A stretch of 27,968 bases of DNA from Deferribacterales bacterium. GTDB lineage: Bacteria > Chrysiogenota > Deferribacteres > Deferribacterales > Geovibrionaceae. Position numbers and translations under genes: made by a program. How positions within the stretch are numbered: the stretch's first letter is position 1; each line of letters begins with the position of its first letter. The notes under the pieces are model-generated. The model was not told the DNA's origin. It worked only from the letters and a program-made list of their open reading frames with translations, and did not search any database. Of the stretch, positions 16,960 to 27,490 are shown in pieces. The DNA lies in the NCBI GenBank assembly GCA_050253335.1, contig JBFWJG010000036.1, positions 1-27,968 of the forward strand, given 5' to 3'.

Positions 16960-18207
16960 ATGAAAAAAATACTCATTATTAAATTTATATTTTTATATTT
17001 GGTGTTTATTAACGGGTACTCCTACGCATCGGTACAATGTGATTATACTATTAATGACTATATCATTGGTGACGACTCATTAGCACGCAGTAACGGACAG
17101 TTAATCACTGGGACAGTTTGCGGATACTATGGGGACGGTAAGTTGAAATTTGAAGAACCTTATAAATCCGGACAAATAGATGGCATTGCTAAGTACTACA
17201 ACGAGAGCGGTAAGCTATATGTGGAAGAGCCATATGTAGCAGGACAAAGGGAAGGTCTTAAAAAGATCTACTATGAAAGTGGTAAACTAAAAGCGGAGAT
17301 TCCTTTTAAAGTCGATCAAGCAGAAGGTATTGTTAAATCTTACTATGAAAACGGCAAACTAGAAGCAGAAGAACCTTATAAATCAGGACAAAGGGAAGGT
17401 TTTAAAAGAATCTACTATGAAAACGGCAAACTAAAAGCGGAGATTCCTTTTAAAGCAGGACAAACAGACGGCATTGCTAAGTCTTACTACCATAGTGGCA
17501 ATCTGGAAGTGGAAGAGCCGTATGTTGCAGGACAAAGGGAAGGTTTTAAAAAAATCTACTATGAAAACGGTAAACTAAAAGCGGAGATTCCTTTTAAAGT
17601 AGGACAAACAGACGGCATTGCTAAGTCTTACTACCAAAGTGGCAATCTGGAAGTAGAAGAGCCATATGTAGCAGGACAAAGGGAAGGTCTTAAAAAGATC
17701 TACTATGAAAACGGCAAACTAACTGCGGAGATTCCTTTTAAACTAGGACAAACAGATGGCGTTGCTAAGTTTTACTACCAAAGTGGCAATCTGGAAGTGG
17801 AAGAGCCATATGTAGCAGGACAAAGGGAAGGTCTTAAAAAGATCTACTATGAAAGTGGTAAACTAAAAGCGGAGATTCCTTTTAAAGTCGATCAAACTGA
17901 AGGTGTTGCGAGATTCTACTACGAGAGTGGCAAACTTGAATCTGAAGAGCCTAATAGAGCAGGACGAAAAGAAGGGATTGTAAAGTTTTACACAGAGAGC
18001 GGCAGGCTCAAACAGGAATCTCCTTACAAAGGTGGACAAAGAGAAGGTATTACTATAGTCTACTATGAGAATAACGGCAGACTATGGGGCAATATTACTT
18101 ATCGTTCCGACACTGCTGTTAGCGGTGTCTGCGCAGATAAAAGAGTGTTCACCTCTGCTGAAGTAACAAACTGGAATAATGGGTATGAAGTCACTTGTAA
18201 TGACTAA
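16960..18207 (+). CDS. Secreted MORN-variant/YwqK-like repeat protein
   Basis: Signal-peptide-like N-terminus; 13 tandem 24-aa repeats YY.(S/N)G.L..E.P(Y/F)..GQ.(E/D)G; visibly more AT-rich than neighbouring genes. Confidence 0.88.
   Translation: MKKILIIKFIFLYLVFINGYSYASVQCDYTINDYIIGDDSLARSNGQLITGTVCGYYGDGKLKFEEPYKSGQIDGIAKYYNESGKLYVEEPYVAGQREGLKKIYYESGKLKAEIPFKVDQAEGIVKSYYENGKLEAEEPYKSGQREGFKRIYYENGKLKAEIPFKAGQTDGIAKSYYHSGNLEVEEPYVAGQREGFKKIYYENGKLKAEIPFKVGQTDGIAKSYYQSGNLEVEEPYVAGQREGLKKIYYENGKLTAEIPFKLGQTDGVAKFYYQSGNLEVEEPYVAGQREGLKKIYYESGKLKAEIPFKVDQTEGVARFYYESGKLESEEPNRAGRKEGIVKFYTESGRLKQESPYKGGQREGITIVYYENNGRLWGNITYRSDTAVSGVCADKRVFTSAEVTNWNNGYEVTCND
17125..18060 (+). repeat. Intragenic tandem repeat, 13 x 72 bp with a 144-bp A/B super-period
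   Basis: Alternating EEPY..GQREG and AEIPFK..QT(D/E)G units; high nucleotide identity between copies. Confidence 0.92.
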
Positions 18208-18265
18208 AGCTATTTGATGACTGTTTGGTACTCCGCGGGCACATCCTAGTGCCTGCCTTGCATCC

Positions 18266-19153
18266 TCACATATACCCAATTAGTGCATACATTGCGTCAG
18301 TGTCTCTTATCTGGCCGGTTTTGATTTTCCAGTCCAGCTCGGCGAAGCGGCCTGCGAGGGAGGCGAGCTCACCGGGCTTCCACTTGGAAGCGTCTGATTT
18401 GATTTTATTGAGTATGAACATCCGCTCCTGAAGAGCGGAAGGCACTTTTTTCTGTAAATATATCTGCTTCATTCTGCGGGCGAGGAGGACAAAGATTATG
18501 GTCACCGCCTCGTCCCCTTTCAGAAGATTGTCCAGTATGCGTATGCATCCTTTGCGGTCTCTTCCTGCGAAGCTGTCTATGAAGGCGAATATGTTTTCCT
18601 GCTTTTCCGCTGTGATGAGTTTGAGTATATCGTCTGAGGATGCCGGTTTTTTGTGAGCGTAATAAAGAGAGAGCTTGTCCGCCTCGCTTCTTATCTGTTT
18701 TATGTCTCCGGCGAAAATATCGTATATTTCATCTGCGCATCCGTAGTCGCAGGGGAGGGAGTGCTTCTCAAACGCCGCTTTTACTTCCATGACGCTGTCA
18801 CGGCGGGTTTTCTTCTTTTCTATTATTGTTCTGAAGCCCTGAAAACCGCCCAGTTTTTTCTCAGCGTCAGCATTCGCAGTGAGGATTATCACAGCCTCGG
18901 GGCATCTGTGCGCCTGATTCATGAAGGTTTCAAGATCTTTGATTTTGTCTGCGTTATGCACAACGGCAAGTTTTACAGGATTAAACAGTGAAGGGGAGGA
19001 AACAAAGCTGAAAAAGTCGGAAAGGTTCATTTCATCGCCGAACCAGACAGTATCTTCCGGATCGTCCAGAGATGCGCGCGCTTTTTCCGTTTCCTCGTCA
19101 ATAAATCCCGCAGAGCCGAGGATTATCAGTTTGGAATCATGGTCTGAAGTCAT
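18266..19153 (-). CDS. holA: DNA polymerase III delta subunit
   Basis: SPSLF clamp-binding motif, EADKLSLY, ENIFAFID, LDWKIKTG; canonical leuS-lptE-holA order. Confidence 0.85.
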   Translation of the reverse strand: MTSDHDSKLIILGSAGFIDEETEKARASLDDPEDTVWFGDEMNLSDFFSFVSSPSLFNPVKLAVVHNADKIKDLETFMNQAHRCPEAVIILTANADAEKKLGGFQGFRTIIEKKKTRRDSVMEVKAAFEKHSLPCDYGCADEIYDIFAGDIKQIRSEADKLSLYYAHKKPASSDDILKLITAEKQENIFAFIDSFAGRDRKGCIRILDNLLKGDEAVTIIFVLLARRMKQIYLQKKVPSALQERMFILNKIKSDASKWKPGELASLAGRFAELDWKIKTGQIRDTDAMYALIGYM

Positions 19154-19634
19154 GGTAAAAATCCGTTAAAGCCTGTCTGATAACGTAGCTGATGGCATCA
19201 GTCCTGTTTCTTTTGTTTTTACCGAGATCGCTTGTGAGGTCGTAAACAGTTCTTCCGTTAAAGCTGTCGGAAAAGATCTCCTTTCCCGTTCTGTCGTGTA
19301 TTATCACTTCCAGTTCGCAGGCAACGGAAGATGTGCCTGTCTGCCCTGTTTTGGTTACGATTTTGGATTCAAAATTAAGCTTTCTCAGGCGGAGATCAGC
19401 CACGTATCTGCTCTTCCCGTTGTCTCCCAGTGCGCCTCGACTGCTGAAAAAGTTGACTGCCACGTCCTCTATCTCCCTTTCGAGATCAGGTTCGGAGGAC
19501 ATATTATAGACGCTGGCTATGGTGAGGGTATAGTTTGCCCGCTCTTCCAGACCGACCATTCTGTATCCGCATCCGCCTGCAAAAAGAAGTATGAGGACAA
19601 GGGCGGAAATTCCGCCCTTTAAGCCTTTCAGCAT
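19137..19634 (-). CDS. lptE: LPS assembly lipoprotein LptE-like
   Basis: Lipobox AGGC followed by GY(R), size, and position between leuS and holA. Confidence 0.78.
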   Translation of the reverse strand: MLKGLKGGISALVLILLFAGGCGYRMVGLEERANYTLTIASVYNMSSEPDLEREIEDVAVNFFSSRGALGDNGKSRYVADLRLRKLNFESKIVTKTGQTGTSSVACELEVIIHDRTGKEIFSDSFNGRTVYDLTSDLGKNKRNRTDAISYVIRQALTDFYHDFRP

Positions 19635-22193
19635 TTATTTCACCACGATGTTTATCAGTTTGTTAGGGACAAAGATCTTCTTTACGATCTCTTTGCCGTC
19701 GGTGTAGCCCTTCACTTTTTCATCATCGAAGGCGGCAGAGAAGGCATCATCCTGAGGGCAGTCACGGGGGAGCGAAAGCTGTGAGCGCACCTTGCCGTTT
19801 ATCTGCACAACAACTGTGACTTCGTCTGTTTTGGTGTATTCTTCAATGTATGACGGCCATTCGCTGCGGGAGAGAACCTCTTTCATTTCCGCCTCTTCCC
19901 AGAGCTCCTCAGTTATATGAGGGGTGAAGGGGTTGAGAAGTTTAAGAAGAGATGACAGAGCCTCGCTGAAAGCCTTTTTCTCTCCGTCCTCCTTGAGCCT
20001 CGGTTCTGCCTTGTAGAGGAAGTTCACAAACTCCATAAGCGCGGCAACCGCAGTGTTGAGGTGGTATTTATCTATATCCTGAGTAACTTTTTTTATCGTT
20101 GAGTGAGTGTGATACTGTATCTCTTTTATGAGAGCCTCATCCCCGCCTGTGCCGAAATCCTTCTGCATGAGCTCAAGGTTGTTTTTAACAAGCCTCCACA
20201 CCCTGCCGAGGAAGCGGAATGAGCCTTCCACGCCCTGATCGCTCCACTCAAGCTCGTTTTCCGGAGGAGCGGCGAAGATGATGAAAAGTCTTGCCGTGTC
20301 CGCTCCGTACTGCTCAATGAGCTTGTTGGGGTCTACGACATTCTTTTTGGATTTGCTCATCTTCTCGACACGGCCTATTGTGGCGGGCTTTCCGCATTTG
20401 GCGCATTTTCCGCCTTCCGCCTCTTCGGGGAAGAGCCATCCGTGCTCCTCGCATTTGTAGGTTTCCTTGCAGACCATGCCCTGAGTGAGCAGTCTTTTGA
20501 AGGGTTCGTCAAAGTTTATATAGCCGAGATCCCGCAGAACCTTGGTGAAGAATCTGGAGTAAAGCAGGTGGAGGATAGCGTGTTCGATTCCGCCTATGTA
20601 CTGATCAACGGGCATCCAGTAGTTCGCTTCCGTTTTGTCAAAGGGAGCAGTTTCGCACTTGGGTGAGCAGTAGCGGAGGAAATACCATGATGATTCCACA
20701 AAGGTGTCCATGGTGTCTGTCTCTCTTTCCGCCGCACCGCCGCATTTCGGGCAGGTTGTGTTGAGGAATGCGGCAGATTTTCTCAGGGGGCTTCCTCCTG
20801 TTCCGGAAAGCTCCACATCCTCAGGCAGCCTCACGGGAAGCTGGTCTTCGGGAACGGGCACTGTTCCGCATTTGGGACAGTTTATGAAGGGGATGGGTGC
20901 TCCCCAGTATCTCTGGCGTGAAATCTGCCAGTCACGCAGGCGGAAGTTGACTGTGCTTTTCGCTGCCCCTTTTCCGGCGAGATATTCAACCACGGCAGTT
21001 TTCGCCTGCTCGTTGGGCATTCCTTCAAACTGTGCGGCGTCAACAAGCTTTCCGGGGCCTGTGTACGCTTCCGTCATCTGCGCAGGATCAAGAACCTGAT
21101 CATCGGGCATGATTGCGATTTCTATATTCAGGCTGTATTTTTTTGCAAATTCAAAGTCTCTCTGGTCGTGGGCGGGAACAGCCATGACAGCGCCTGTTCC
21201 GTAATCCATAAGGACAAAATTGGCGATATAAACGGGCATTCTGCGGCCGTTCAGGGGGTTGATGACATATTTTCCGGTGAAAAAGCCTTTCTTTTCTTTG
21301 TCATCCGCCATGCGGTTTATTTTGTCCTCTTTGAGTATGTCCTCAATGAAGGCGTGACCGTCCTTCTCCTGCGCTGTTCCGGCGAGAAGCCTCTTAGCGG
21401 CGGGATGTTCCGGCGCAACGGACATGAAAGTCGCTCCGAAGAGGGTGTCCGCCCTTGTGGTGAAGACGGTTATCTTTTCATCGGTATTTTCTATGGTGAA
21501 GTCGATCTCGGCGCCGAATGACTTGCCTATCCAGTTCTGCTGCATGGTGAGAACCTTTTTGGGCCATCCGTCCATGTGCTCAGTGCAGGCGAGAAGCTCT
21601 TCCGCGTAGTCGGTAATTTTGAAGTACCAGCCGTCCAGCTCCTTGATTCTTACCTCTCCGTCACAGCGCCAGCATTTGCCGTCCTCAACCTGTTCGTTTG
21701 CAAGAACCGTCTGGCAGGATTCGCACCAGTTAAGGTGGGATGTCCTTTTGTAAACAAGCCCTTTCTCGAACATTTTGATTACCATAAGCTGTTCCCACTT
21801 ATAGTATTCAGGATCGCAGGTGGCAATTTCCCTGTCCCAGTCGTAGGAGAGGCCGAGCTTTTTGAGCTGGGCTTTCATGTATGCTATGTTGCTTTTTGTC
21901 CATATGGCGGGGTGGGATTTATTCTCAATCGCGGCGTTTTCAGCGGGCATCCCGAAAGCGTCCCATCCCATGGGGTGTATCACGTTGAAGCCTTTCATGA
22001 ATTTAAAGCGGGATATGACATCGCCGATGGCATAGTTGCGAACGTGCCCCATGTGTATTTTGCCTGAGGGATAGGGGAACATCTCAAGGCAGTAGAACTT
22101 TTCACGGGAAGTATCAGCTTCTACTTTGAAAAGCTTGCCATCCTCCCATTTCATCTGCCATTTATGCTCAATTTCAGCGGGATTGTATTTCAT
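19635..22193 (-). CDS. leuS: Leucine--tRNA ligase
   Basis: MFPYPSG.IHMGH (HIGH), FTTRADT editing domain, [20 protein letters not shown]; start ATG 22193 (MKYNP). Confidence 0.98.
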   Translation of the reverse strand: MKYNPAEIEHKWQMKWEDGKLFKVEADTSREKFYCLEMFPYPSGKIHMGHVRNYAIGDVISRFKFMKGFNVIHPMGWDAFGMPAENAAIENKSHPAIWTKSNIAYMKAQLKKLGLSYDWDREIATCDPEYYKWEQLMVIKMFEKGLVYKRTSHLNWCESCQTVLANEQVEDGKCWRCDGEVRIKELDGWYFKITDYAEELLACTEHMDGWPKKVLTMQQNWIGKSFGAEIDFTIENTDEKITVFTTRADTLFGATFMSVAPEHPAAKRLLAGTAQEKDGHAFIEDILKEDKINRMADDKEKKGFFTGKYVINPLNGRRMPVYIANFVLMDYGTGAVMAVPAHDQRDFEFAKKYSLNIEIAIMPDDQVLDPAQMTEAYTGPGKLVDAAQFEGMPNEQAKTAVVEYLAGKGAAKSTVNFRLRDWQISRQRYWGAPIPFINCPKCGTVPVPEDQLPVRLPEDVELSGTGGSPLRKSAAFLNTTCPKCGGAAERETDTMDTFVESSWYFLRYCSPKCETAPFDKTEANYWMPVDQYIGGIEHAILHLLYSRFFTKVLRDLGYINFDEPFKRLLTQGMVCKETYKCEEHGWLFPEEAEGGKCAKCGKPATIGRVEKMSKSKKNVVDPNKLIEQYGADTARLFIIFAAPPENELEWSDQGVEGSFRFLGRVWRLVKNNLELMQKDFGTGGDEALIKEIQYHTHSTIKKVTQDIDKYHLNTAVAALMEFVNFLYKAEPRLKEDGEKKAFSEALSSLLKLLNPFTPHITEELWEEAEMKEVLSRSEWPSYIEEYTKTDEVTVVVQINGKVRSQLSLPRDCPQDDAFSAAFDDEKVKGYTDGKEIVKKIFVPNKLINIVVK

Positions 22194-22400
22194 TTCCTTA
22201 TTCCTCCGGCATAAAAATAAAGACGGGACAGGTGCCCGCCTGATCCGCAGAAAGTTAACATATATACGCCTCTGTCCGCAAGGGTAAAAACTGCTGTACA
22301 ACTGTTCTTATCACTATTAAATCTGGCGGAATTTAAGTTTTTTTATTATAACTTCTGTTTTCCGCTTCGGTGATTGTTGCTATAATTGCTCAGGCGCATA

Positions 22401-23870
22401 ATGATTCTTTTTACGGAGTCCGAATTGAAGATTACAGGCGAAAGTTTTCTTGAGCTGGCATATACACTTGTGAGGATACGCGATCTGGATGTCCTTCTGG
22501 AAACTATTCTCAAAAGAATAAGGGCTATGCTCGGGGCCGATGCGGGAAGCATCTTTATATATGATGAGGAAAAGGACGAGCTTATTTTTAAATATACTCA
22601 GAACGATTCCGTTCAGCTCCCCTTCAAGGAGTTTGCAATCCCCGCAAACGAAGAGAGCATAGCCGGGTATGTCGCGAAAACAAGGAACACTCTGAGGCTC
22701 AGGGATGTTTATCATCTTGAGGAGGAGTACCCTTTCGGCTTCAATGTCAGCTTTGATAAAATGTCCGGCTACAGAACAAAATCCGTTCTCGCCTTTCCTA
22801 TTACCGACCTTAACGACCAGCTCACCGGCGTTCTGCAGATAATAAACAAAAAACGGTATGAAGTGCCGCTCACACTCGAGAATGTGAACAGGATTGTTCT
22901 GCCGTTTAACGACAATGATGAAATGGTTGCCGAATCACTTACAGGGGTGATCAGTCTCGCCCTTGAAAACGGCGTGCTGTACGACAATCTGGAAAAAATG
23001 AACGAAACCTTCATAACCGAGCTCTCAAAGGCTCTGGAAAGCAGGGAACCCTTCCGCAGAGGGCATGTAAACAGGATAAGCGCAATCTGCGAAACCCTTG
23101 CCGCTGAGATGCACAGGGATCTGGATGATTTTCCCGATTTTTTCATGAGCAGGCTCAAGGAGAAAATCCTCCGGTATTCCTGCCGCCTCCATGACATAGG
23201 CAAGCTTTTTGTCCCTGAAAAAATTTATGCGAAAAATGAAAAGCTTTACCCCGGCATGACTGAAAATATAGAAAACAGATTCAGGCTTGCAAAAGCCTGC
23301 GCAAGGCTTAACGGAAGACCTAAGGAACTGACGGACGAACTGGACAGGCTTCTTTCCGTTATAAAAAATGCGAACGTTTCGGATATTGATGATAAAATAT
23401 CTGAGGATCTGGAAAAATGCGCCGGCTACATCTTTGAGGATTCAGACGGAGATGAAGTCAGCCTTCTTACCGAAGAGGAGTACGGACTGCTCAGTGTCCG
23501 CGAGGGGATCTACACCGAAGAGGAGCTGAAAGCCATGCGATTTCACGCCCTTGGAACCTATGAGTTCCTGCGGAATATCCCCTGGACATCAGAACTGCGC
23601 GATGTGCCTCTGATAGCCGCCAGCCACCACGAAAGGCAGGACGGCGGGGGATATCCATTCGGCACGGCGGGTGCGGATCTGCATATTTTCTCCAGAATAA
23701 TGGCTGTTGCCGAAAGCTATGACCACTACACAGCGGAGCCCAGAGCCTTCGGGCAGTCCATGATGCCGGACGAAGCTGTCAGGGCGCTCAGGACTGAAGC
23801 GGAAAACGGCGCTCTTGATGCGAAAATAGTTAACTTTTTTGTAACCAAAGAAATATACAAAAGATTCTGA
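22401..23870 (+). CDS. GAF + HD-GYP domain protein (c-di-GMP phosphodiesterase-like)
   Basis: GAF with SIAGYVA, GYRTKSVL, LQIINK; LHDIGK and HHERQDGGGYP. ATG 22401 is preferred because TGcTATAAT (extended -10) lies at 22378-22386. Confidence 0.88.
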   Translation: MILFTESELKITGESFLELAYTLVRIRDLDVLLETILKRIRAMLGADAGSIFIYDEEKDELIFKYTQNDSVQLPFKEFAIPANEESIAGYVAKTRNTLRLRDVYHLEEEYPFGFNVSFDKMSGYRTKSVLAFPITDLNDQLTGVLQIINKKRYEVPLTLENVNRIVLPFNDNDEMVAESLTGVISLALENGVLYDNLEKMNETFITELSKALESREPFRRGHVNRISAICETLAAEMHRDLDDFPDFFMSRLKEKILRYSCRLHDIGKLFVPEKIYAKNEKLYPGMTENIENRFRLAKACARLNGRPKELTDELDRLLSVIKNANVSDIDDKISEDLEKCAGYIFEDSDGDEVSLLTEEEYGLLSVREGIYTEEELKAMRFHALGTYEFLRNIPWTSELRDVPLIAASHHERQDGGGYPFGTAGADLHIFSRIMAVAESYDHYTAEPRAFGQSMMPDEAVRALRTEAENGALDAKIVNFFVTKEIYKRF

Positions 23871-23908
23871 GATCTCCCTCCCGTTCGGGAGAGATACAGG
23901 AGGAATAC

Positions 23909-24262
23909 TTGAAAACCGTACTGGTAATTGATGATGATGAGAGCCTGAGGCTCCTTCTTAGAGATGAGTTCACTGACAGAAACTTCAATGTTGTCACCGC
24001 GGGTGACGGCGAGGAGGGGCTGGTCAGCTTCAATGAGGAGAATGTTGATCTGGTTATCCTTGATCTCAACCTCCCCAAGATAAACGGAAGAGAGGTGCTG
24101 GAGCATCTCAAGGCGCAGTCTCCGGATATCCCCGTGATTATTTACACCGCAAATCCCGATATGATTTTTTACACGGACGACCTTGTCCATGTTGAAGTAA
24201 TACTCAAGTCCACCGACGTTGAAGAGCTTATGGAGCGTTCGCAGAAGCTTGCCCATGTTTGA
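23909..24262 (+). CDS. Single-domain response regulator (CheY-like receiver)
   Basis: VLVIDDD, ILDLNLP, IIYTA, ILKS; TTG start after SD GGAGG. Confidence 0.9.
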   Translation: MKTVLVIDDDESLRLLLRDEFTDRNFNVVTAGDGEEGLVSFNEENVDLVILDLNLPKINGREVLEHLKAQSPDIPVIIYTANPDMIFYTDDLVHVEVILKSTDVEELMERSQKLAHV

Positions 24263-25019
24263 CGAAAGACTGTACCGCAAATTCCTTACGGCAGAAAATT
24301 TCGGCAGAAACATACTTGTTTTTGATGAGACTGACTCCACGACGGCTCGCCTGATGGAAACGGATTCCCCTTATTTTACCACTGCCTCGGCGGAAAGCCA
24401 GACAGCGGGCAGGGGGCGCAGCGGGAGAAAATGGGTTTCCGAAAAAGGGGTGAACCTTTACTTCTCCGTTAATCTTCCCCCCATGAAGATTGAAAAGCTT
24501 CTCCCGCTTAATATCGCCATAGGGTTTGCTGTCTGCGATGTTCTGCGGGAACTGGCGGATGTCAGGCTGAAGTGGCCTAATGATCTCATGGCGGATGGGA
24601 AAAAGCTCGGCGGAATCCTTTTCGAAACCTCAATCAGCGGCTCTGTCACGGAGAAGGTTGTTCTTGGCATCGGCATTAATGTGAATATGACGGATTTTCC
24701 TGCGGAGATAGAAAACACAGCCACATCACTGAAAGCCCTCACGGGCAAGAACTACTCCAGAGAGGAGCTTCTGGCTCGTATCATGAACAGGTTTGAATCC
24801 TTCTATGCTTCATTCTTCAGCGGCGGGATAAATATCGTCCGTGAATGGGAAAAATATTCGGCTTCCCTTGACAAAAAGATAGCGGTGCACAAGAATGGGG
24901 TGAAAACCGTTTTTACGGAAAGGGGGATCACTCCTTCCGGCTTTCTCATAGCGGAAGATGAAAAGGGTGCTCTGACCGAAATAGTTACCGGTGATGTGGG
25001 ATATGATTTTAGCGGTTGA
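24255..25019 (+). CDS. birA: Biotin protein ligase without N-terminal HTH (group I)
   Basis: QTAGRGRSGRKW, KWPNDL, KLGGIL, GIGINVN; start ATG 24255. Confidence 0.93.
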   Translation: MFDERLYRKFLTAENFGRNILVFDETDSTTARLMETDSPYFTTASAESQTAGRGRSGRKWVSEKGVNLYFSVNLPPMKIEKLLPLNIAIGFAVCDVLRELADVRLKWPNDLMADGKKLGGILFETSISGSVTEKVVLGIGINVNMTDFPAEIENTATSLKALTGKNYSREELLARIMNRFESFYASFFSGGINIVREWEKYSASLDKKIAVHKNGVKTVFTERGITPSGFLIAEDEKGALTEIVTGDVGYDFSG

Positions 25020-25773
25020 TATAGGCAACACAAACATAGTCTTAGGGATTTTCGAGGGGGAGCGGATAAGGTGCAGTTTCCGCCTCCACACCGACACTCA
25101 GCGCACCACAGACGAATACGCGTCCACCATCATGCTTCTTCTCAAAAATAAGGGCATTGAGATAAAAGACATCAGAGGAGTCATCATCTCCAGTGTTGTT
25201 CCTCAGCTTATCTATTCTTTCACAAAATTTTCCATGAAATATATGAGCCTTGAGCCGATGGTGATCGCGCCTGGCGTCAAAACCGGAATGCCGATACGCT
25301 ATGAAAACCCCAAGGAAGTGGGAGCGGACAGAATAGTCAACTCCGTGGCGGGCAGGGAAAAATTCGGAGCGCCTTTGATAGTTGTCGATTTCGGAACGGC
25401 CACAACCTTTGATGTTGTGAACGCCAAGGGCGAATATGTCGGCGGGGTTATATGCCCGGGGGTAAAGCTTTCCGCCGGCATACTGCACTCAAAAACAGCG
25501 AAACTCCCTGAAATTGAAATAGAAAAAGTGGAAAAAGTGGTTGGAAAAAATACTATACATTCACTCCAGTCGGGGATATATTACGGCTATCTGTCCATGC
25601 TGGACGGGCTTCTGGAGCGGATCATGAAGGAAGAGTTCGGACGGTGCGACATCAAAGTGGTGGCCACCGGAGGACTGGGCAGTATTTTTTCGAGAGATTC
25701 GAAATATATCGAACACTATGATCCCGATCTTACCCTGACGGGACTGAGGCTGATATATGAGAAAAACCTTTAG
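25003..25773 (+). CDS. coaX: Type III pantothenate kinase
   Basis: DIGNTN, SSVVP, EVGADR, VDFGTATT, ATGG; start ATG 25003. Confidence 0.95.
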   Translation: MILAVDIGNTNIVLGIFEGERIRCSFRLHTDTQRTTDEYASTIMLLLKNKGIEIKDIRGVIISSVVPQLIYSFTKFSMKYMSLEPMVIAPGVKTGMPIRYENPKEVGADRIVNSVAGREKFGAPLIVVDFGTATTFDVVNAKGEYVGGVICPGVKLSAGILHSKTAKLPEIEIEKVEKVVGKNTIHSLQSGIYYGYLSMLDGLLERIMKEEFGRCDIKVVATGGLGSIFSRDSKYIEHYDPDLTLTGLRLIYEKNL

Positions 25774-26524
25774 TCTGTTAATTGCTGTGGCAGTCGCCGG
25801 CTGTGCCGCCAGAGGGCCTGAAACCCCCTCGCCGGATAAGGCGGCGCTGGCCGAATCACGCTATAAAATGGGCGTGGCGTATCTTAACACAGCTACGGAC
25901 TACAAGGCGTATCAGGAGCTTAAAAGCGCTTTGGAGCTTGCTCCCGGCAACGATAAATATCTTTATACCATGGGGCTTTTCTTCATGAAAAAAGAGCGTT
26001 ATTCAGAGGCGGAGCCGTTTCTGAAAAGCGCTCTTGAGAAAAAGCCGGAAGATTCCGAATACATGAACGCTTACGCGGCTGTTCTTGCAGGAACAGGCAG
26101 GCTGAACGAGGCTGTTGACTACTGGGACAGGGTTATTTCCGATCCGGGCTATCCATATCAGATTATGGCGCTTTACAACGCGGCAGGCGCTCTGTATGAC
26201 GCAGGCAGATACAGCCGTGTCCCCTCTTATCTGGACAGGGCTCTGAACATAAACAGAAGGTATGCCGACGCATACAGGCTTCTTTTTAACACGTACATCA
26301 AGCTCGGCGACAAAGCGAAGGCCGAGAAAACAATGCTGAGAACGGCGGAGATGATTCCCGATGATCCGGAGAACCACCTCACCGCGGCGGAGTTTTATTT
26401 TGACAGCAGGCAATATTCCAAAGCCGTTCCGTTCCTTGAGCATCTGCTTGAGGCTTTTCCCGACACGCCTCAGGCGTCAAGGGCTGGCGAATTAATGAAA
26501 AGATTGGGGTTGATGAATGAGTAA
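25757..26524 (+). CDS. TPR lipoprotein, PilF/PilW-like
   Basis: Lipobox VAGC, serial TPR helices, DPGY motif, position directly upstream of a RodZ-like gene. Confidence 0.8.
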   Translation: MRKTFSLLIAVAVAGCAARGPETPSPDKAALAESRYKMGVAYLNTATDYKAYQELKSALELAPGNDKYLYTMGLFFMKKERYSEAEPFLKSALEKKPEDSEYMNAYAAVLAGTGRLNEAVDYWDRVISDPGYPYQIMALYNAAGALYDAGRYSRVPSYLDRALNINRRYADAYRLLFNTYIKLGDKAKAEKTMLRTAEMIPDDPENHLTAAEFYFDSRQYSKAVPFLEHLLEAFPDTPQASRAGELMKRLGLMNE

Positions 26525-27431
26525 GCTCGGTGAACTTCTTAAAAGCGAAAGAATAAAAAAACATATAGATTTTGACACAGTCACGGAAAAAACCAGAATA
26601 AGCGAGGAAGTGCTTCTCCGCCTTGAGGCAGGGGATTTCAGCAAACTTCCCAGCTATGTCCACGCAAGAAACTTTGTGAAAACCTACGCGAATTTCCTCA
26701 AGCTTGAGCCTGAGCAGGTTGATGCGCTTTTCGAGGAAGAATGCACAAAAGAGGCATTCAACAGGGAGATACATTATGTCGCGTCTCCCATAACCCATGA
26801 ACCCATAGACAGAAAAAGTCCGGTCGGCTTTGTGGCCGCTCTGATAGTTGTTATAGTAATCGTCATTGCCGGCGTTTATTTCTTCATGTCCATGAAAAAC
26901 AACAACGCCATGGAGAAAAAAGAGACAAAAATCAGCATAACCGAAACAGAGCCTGCCCGTAATGAATCCGAGCCTCAGGATGTGATCCCGCAGGCAGAAC
27001 CGGCCGACAACGGCACGAACGCCGCCGCTGATGTTGTTGAGAGCCCCGAAGCGAAGCAGGAAACAGCACCCGCAGACAATAAAACAGCAGAGGTTAAGCC
27101 GGCGCAGACAGTGCAGACGCAGCCTCTTCCTGTGAATATGCCTGCACCCGCACCCGGAATGAAAGCCGTTGTGCTCACTTTCAGCGATGTCTGCTGGGTG
27201 AATATCGAAGTGGACAACGGAACTGTCTATGACTTTATAGCGGAAAAAGGTATTGAAAGAACCGTTGAGTTCAAGGATTATTTCATACTTAATCTCGGCA
27301 ACGCCGCCGTGGCGGAAGTTCATGACAAAACCACCCGCTACAGGGGATTCGGCGAGTACAGAAAACCTGTAAAAAACCTGAGATTCTCATACGATGCGTC
27401 AGGAAAGCTTATTTATCAGAAGCAGAATTAA
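26517..27431 (+). CDS. rodZ: RodZ-like protein (HTH, TM, low-complexity linker, DUF4115-like domain)
   Basis: LGELLK.ER, LEAGDFSKLP...ARNFVKTYA..L, single TM, CWV.I..D and LGNA motifs. Confidence 0.85.
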   Translation: MSKLGELLKSERIKKHIDFDTVTEKTRISEEVLLRLEAGDFSKLPSYVHARNFVKTYANFLKLEPEQVDALFEEECTKEAFNREIHYVASPITHEPIDRKSPVGFVAALIVVIVIVIAGVYFFMSMKNNNAMEKKETKISITETEPARNESEPQDVIPQAEPADNGTNAAADVVESPEAKQETAPADNKTAEVKPAQTVQTQPLPVNMPAPAPGMKAVVLTFSDVCWVNIEVDNGTVYDFIAEKGIERTVEFKDYFILNLGNAAVAEVHDKTTRYRGFGEYRKPVKNLRFSYDASGKLIYQKQN

Positions 27432-27434
27432 TCC

Positions 27435-27463
27435 TTGCAATTTAGTATCTGCAAACTTATTCT
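27435..27463 (+). promoter_or_regulatory. Probable sigma70 promoter for the last gene
   Basis: TTGCAA (27435-27440), 17-bp spacer, TATTCT (27458-27463). Confidence 0.55.
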
Positions 27464-27490
27464 AAAAGAGACATTAATGGTGCGAATAAT

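Noticed and set aside
16960..18207. Toxin-antitoxin pair or diversity-generating retroelement target
   Set aside because: No adjacent toxin, reverse transcriptase or non-coding template repeat; differences between copies are not adenine-specific.
22194..22400. T-box riboswitch for leuS
   Set aside because: No GGUGG.ACC T-box consensus or stem I motifs are recognisable, and the space is shared with a divergent promoter.
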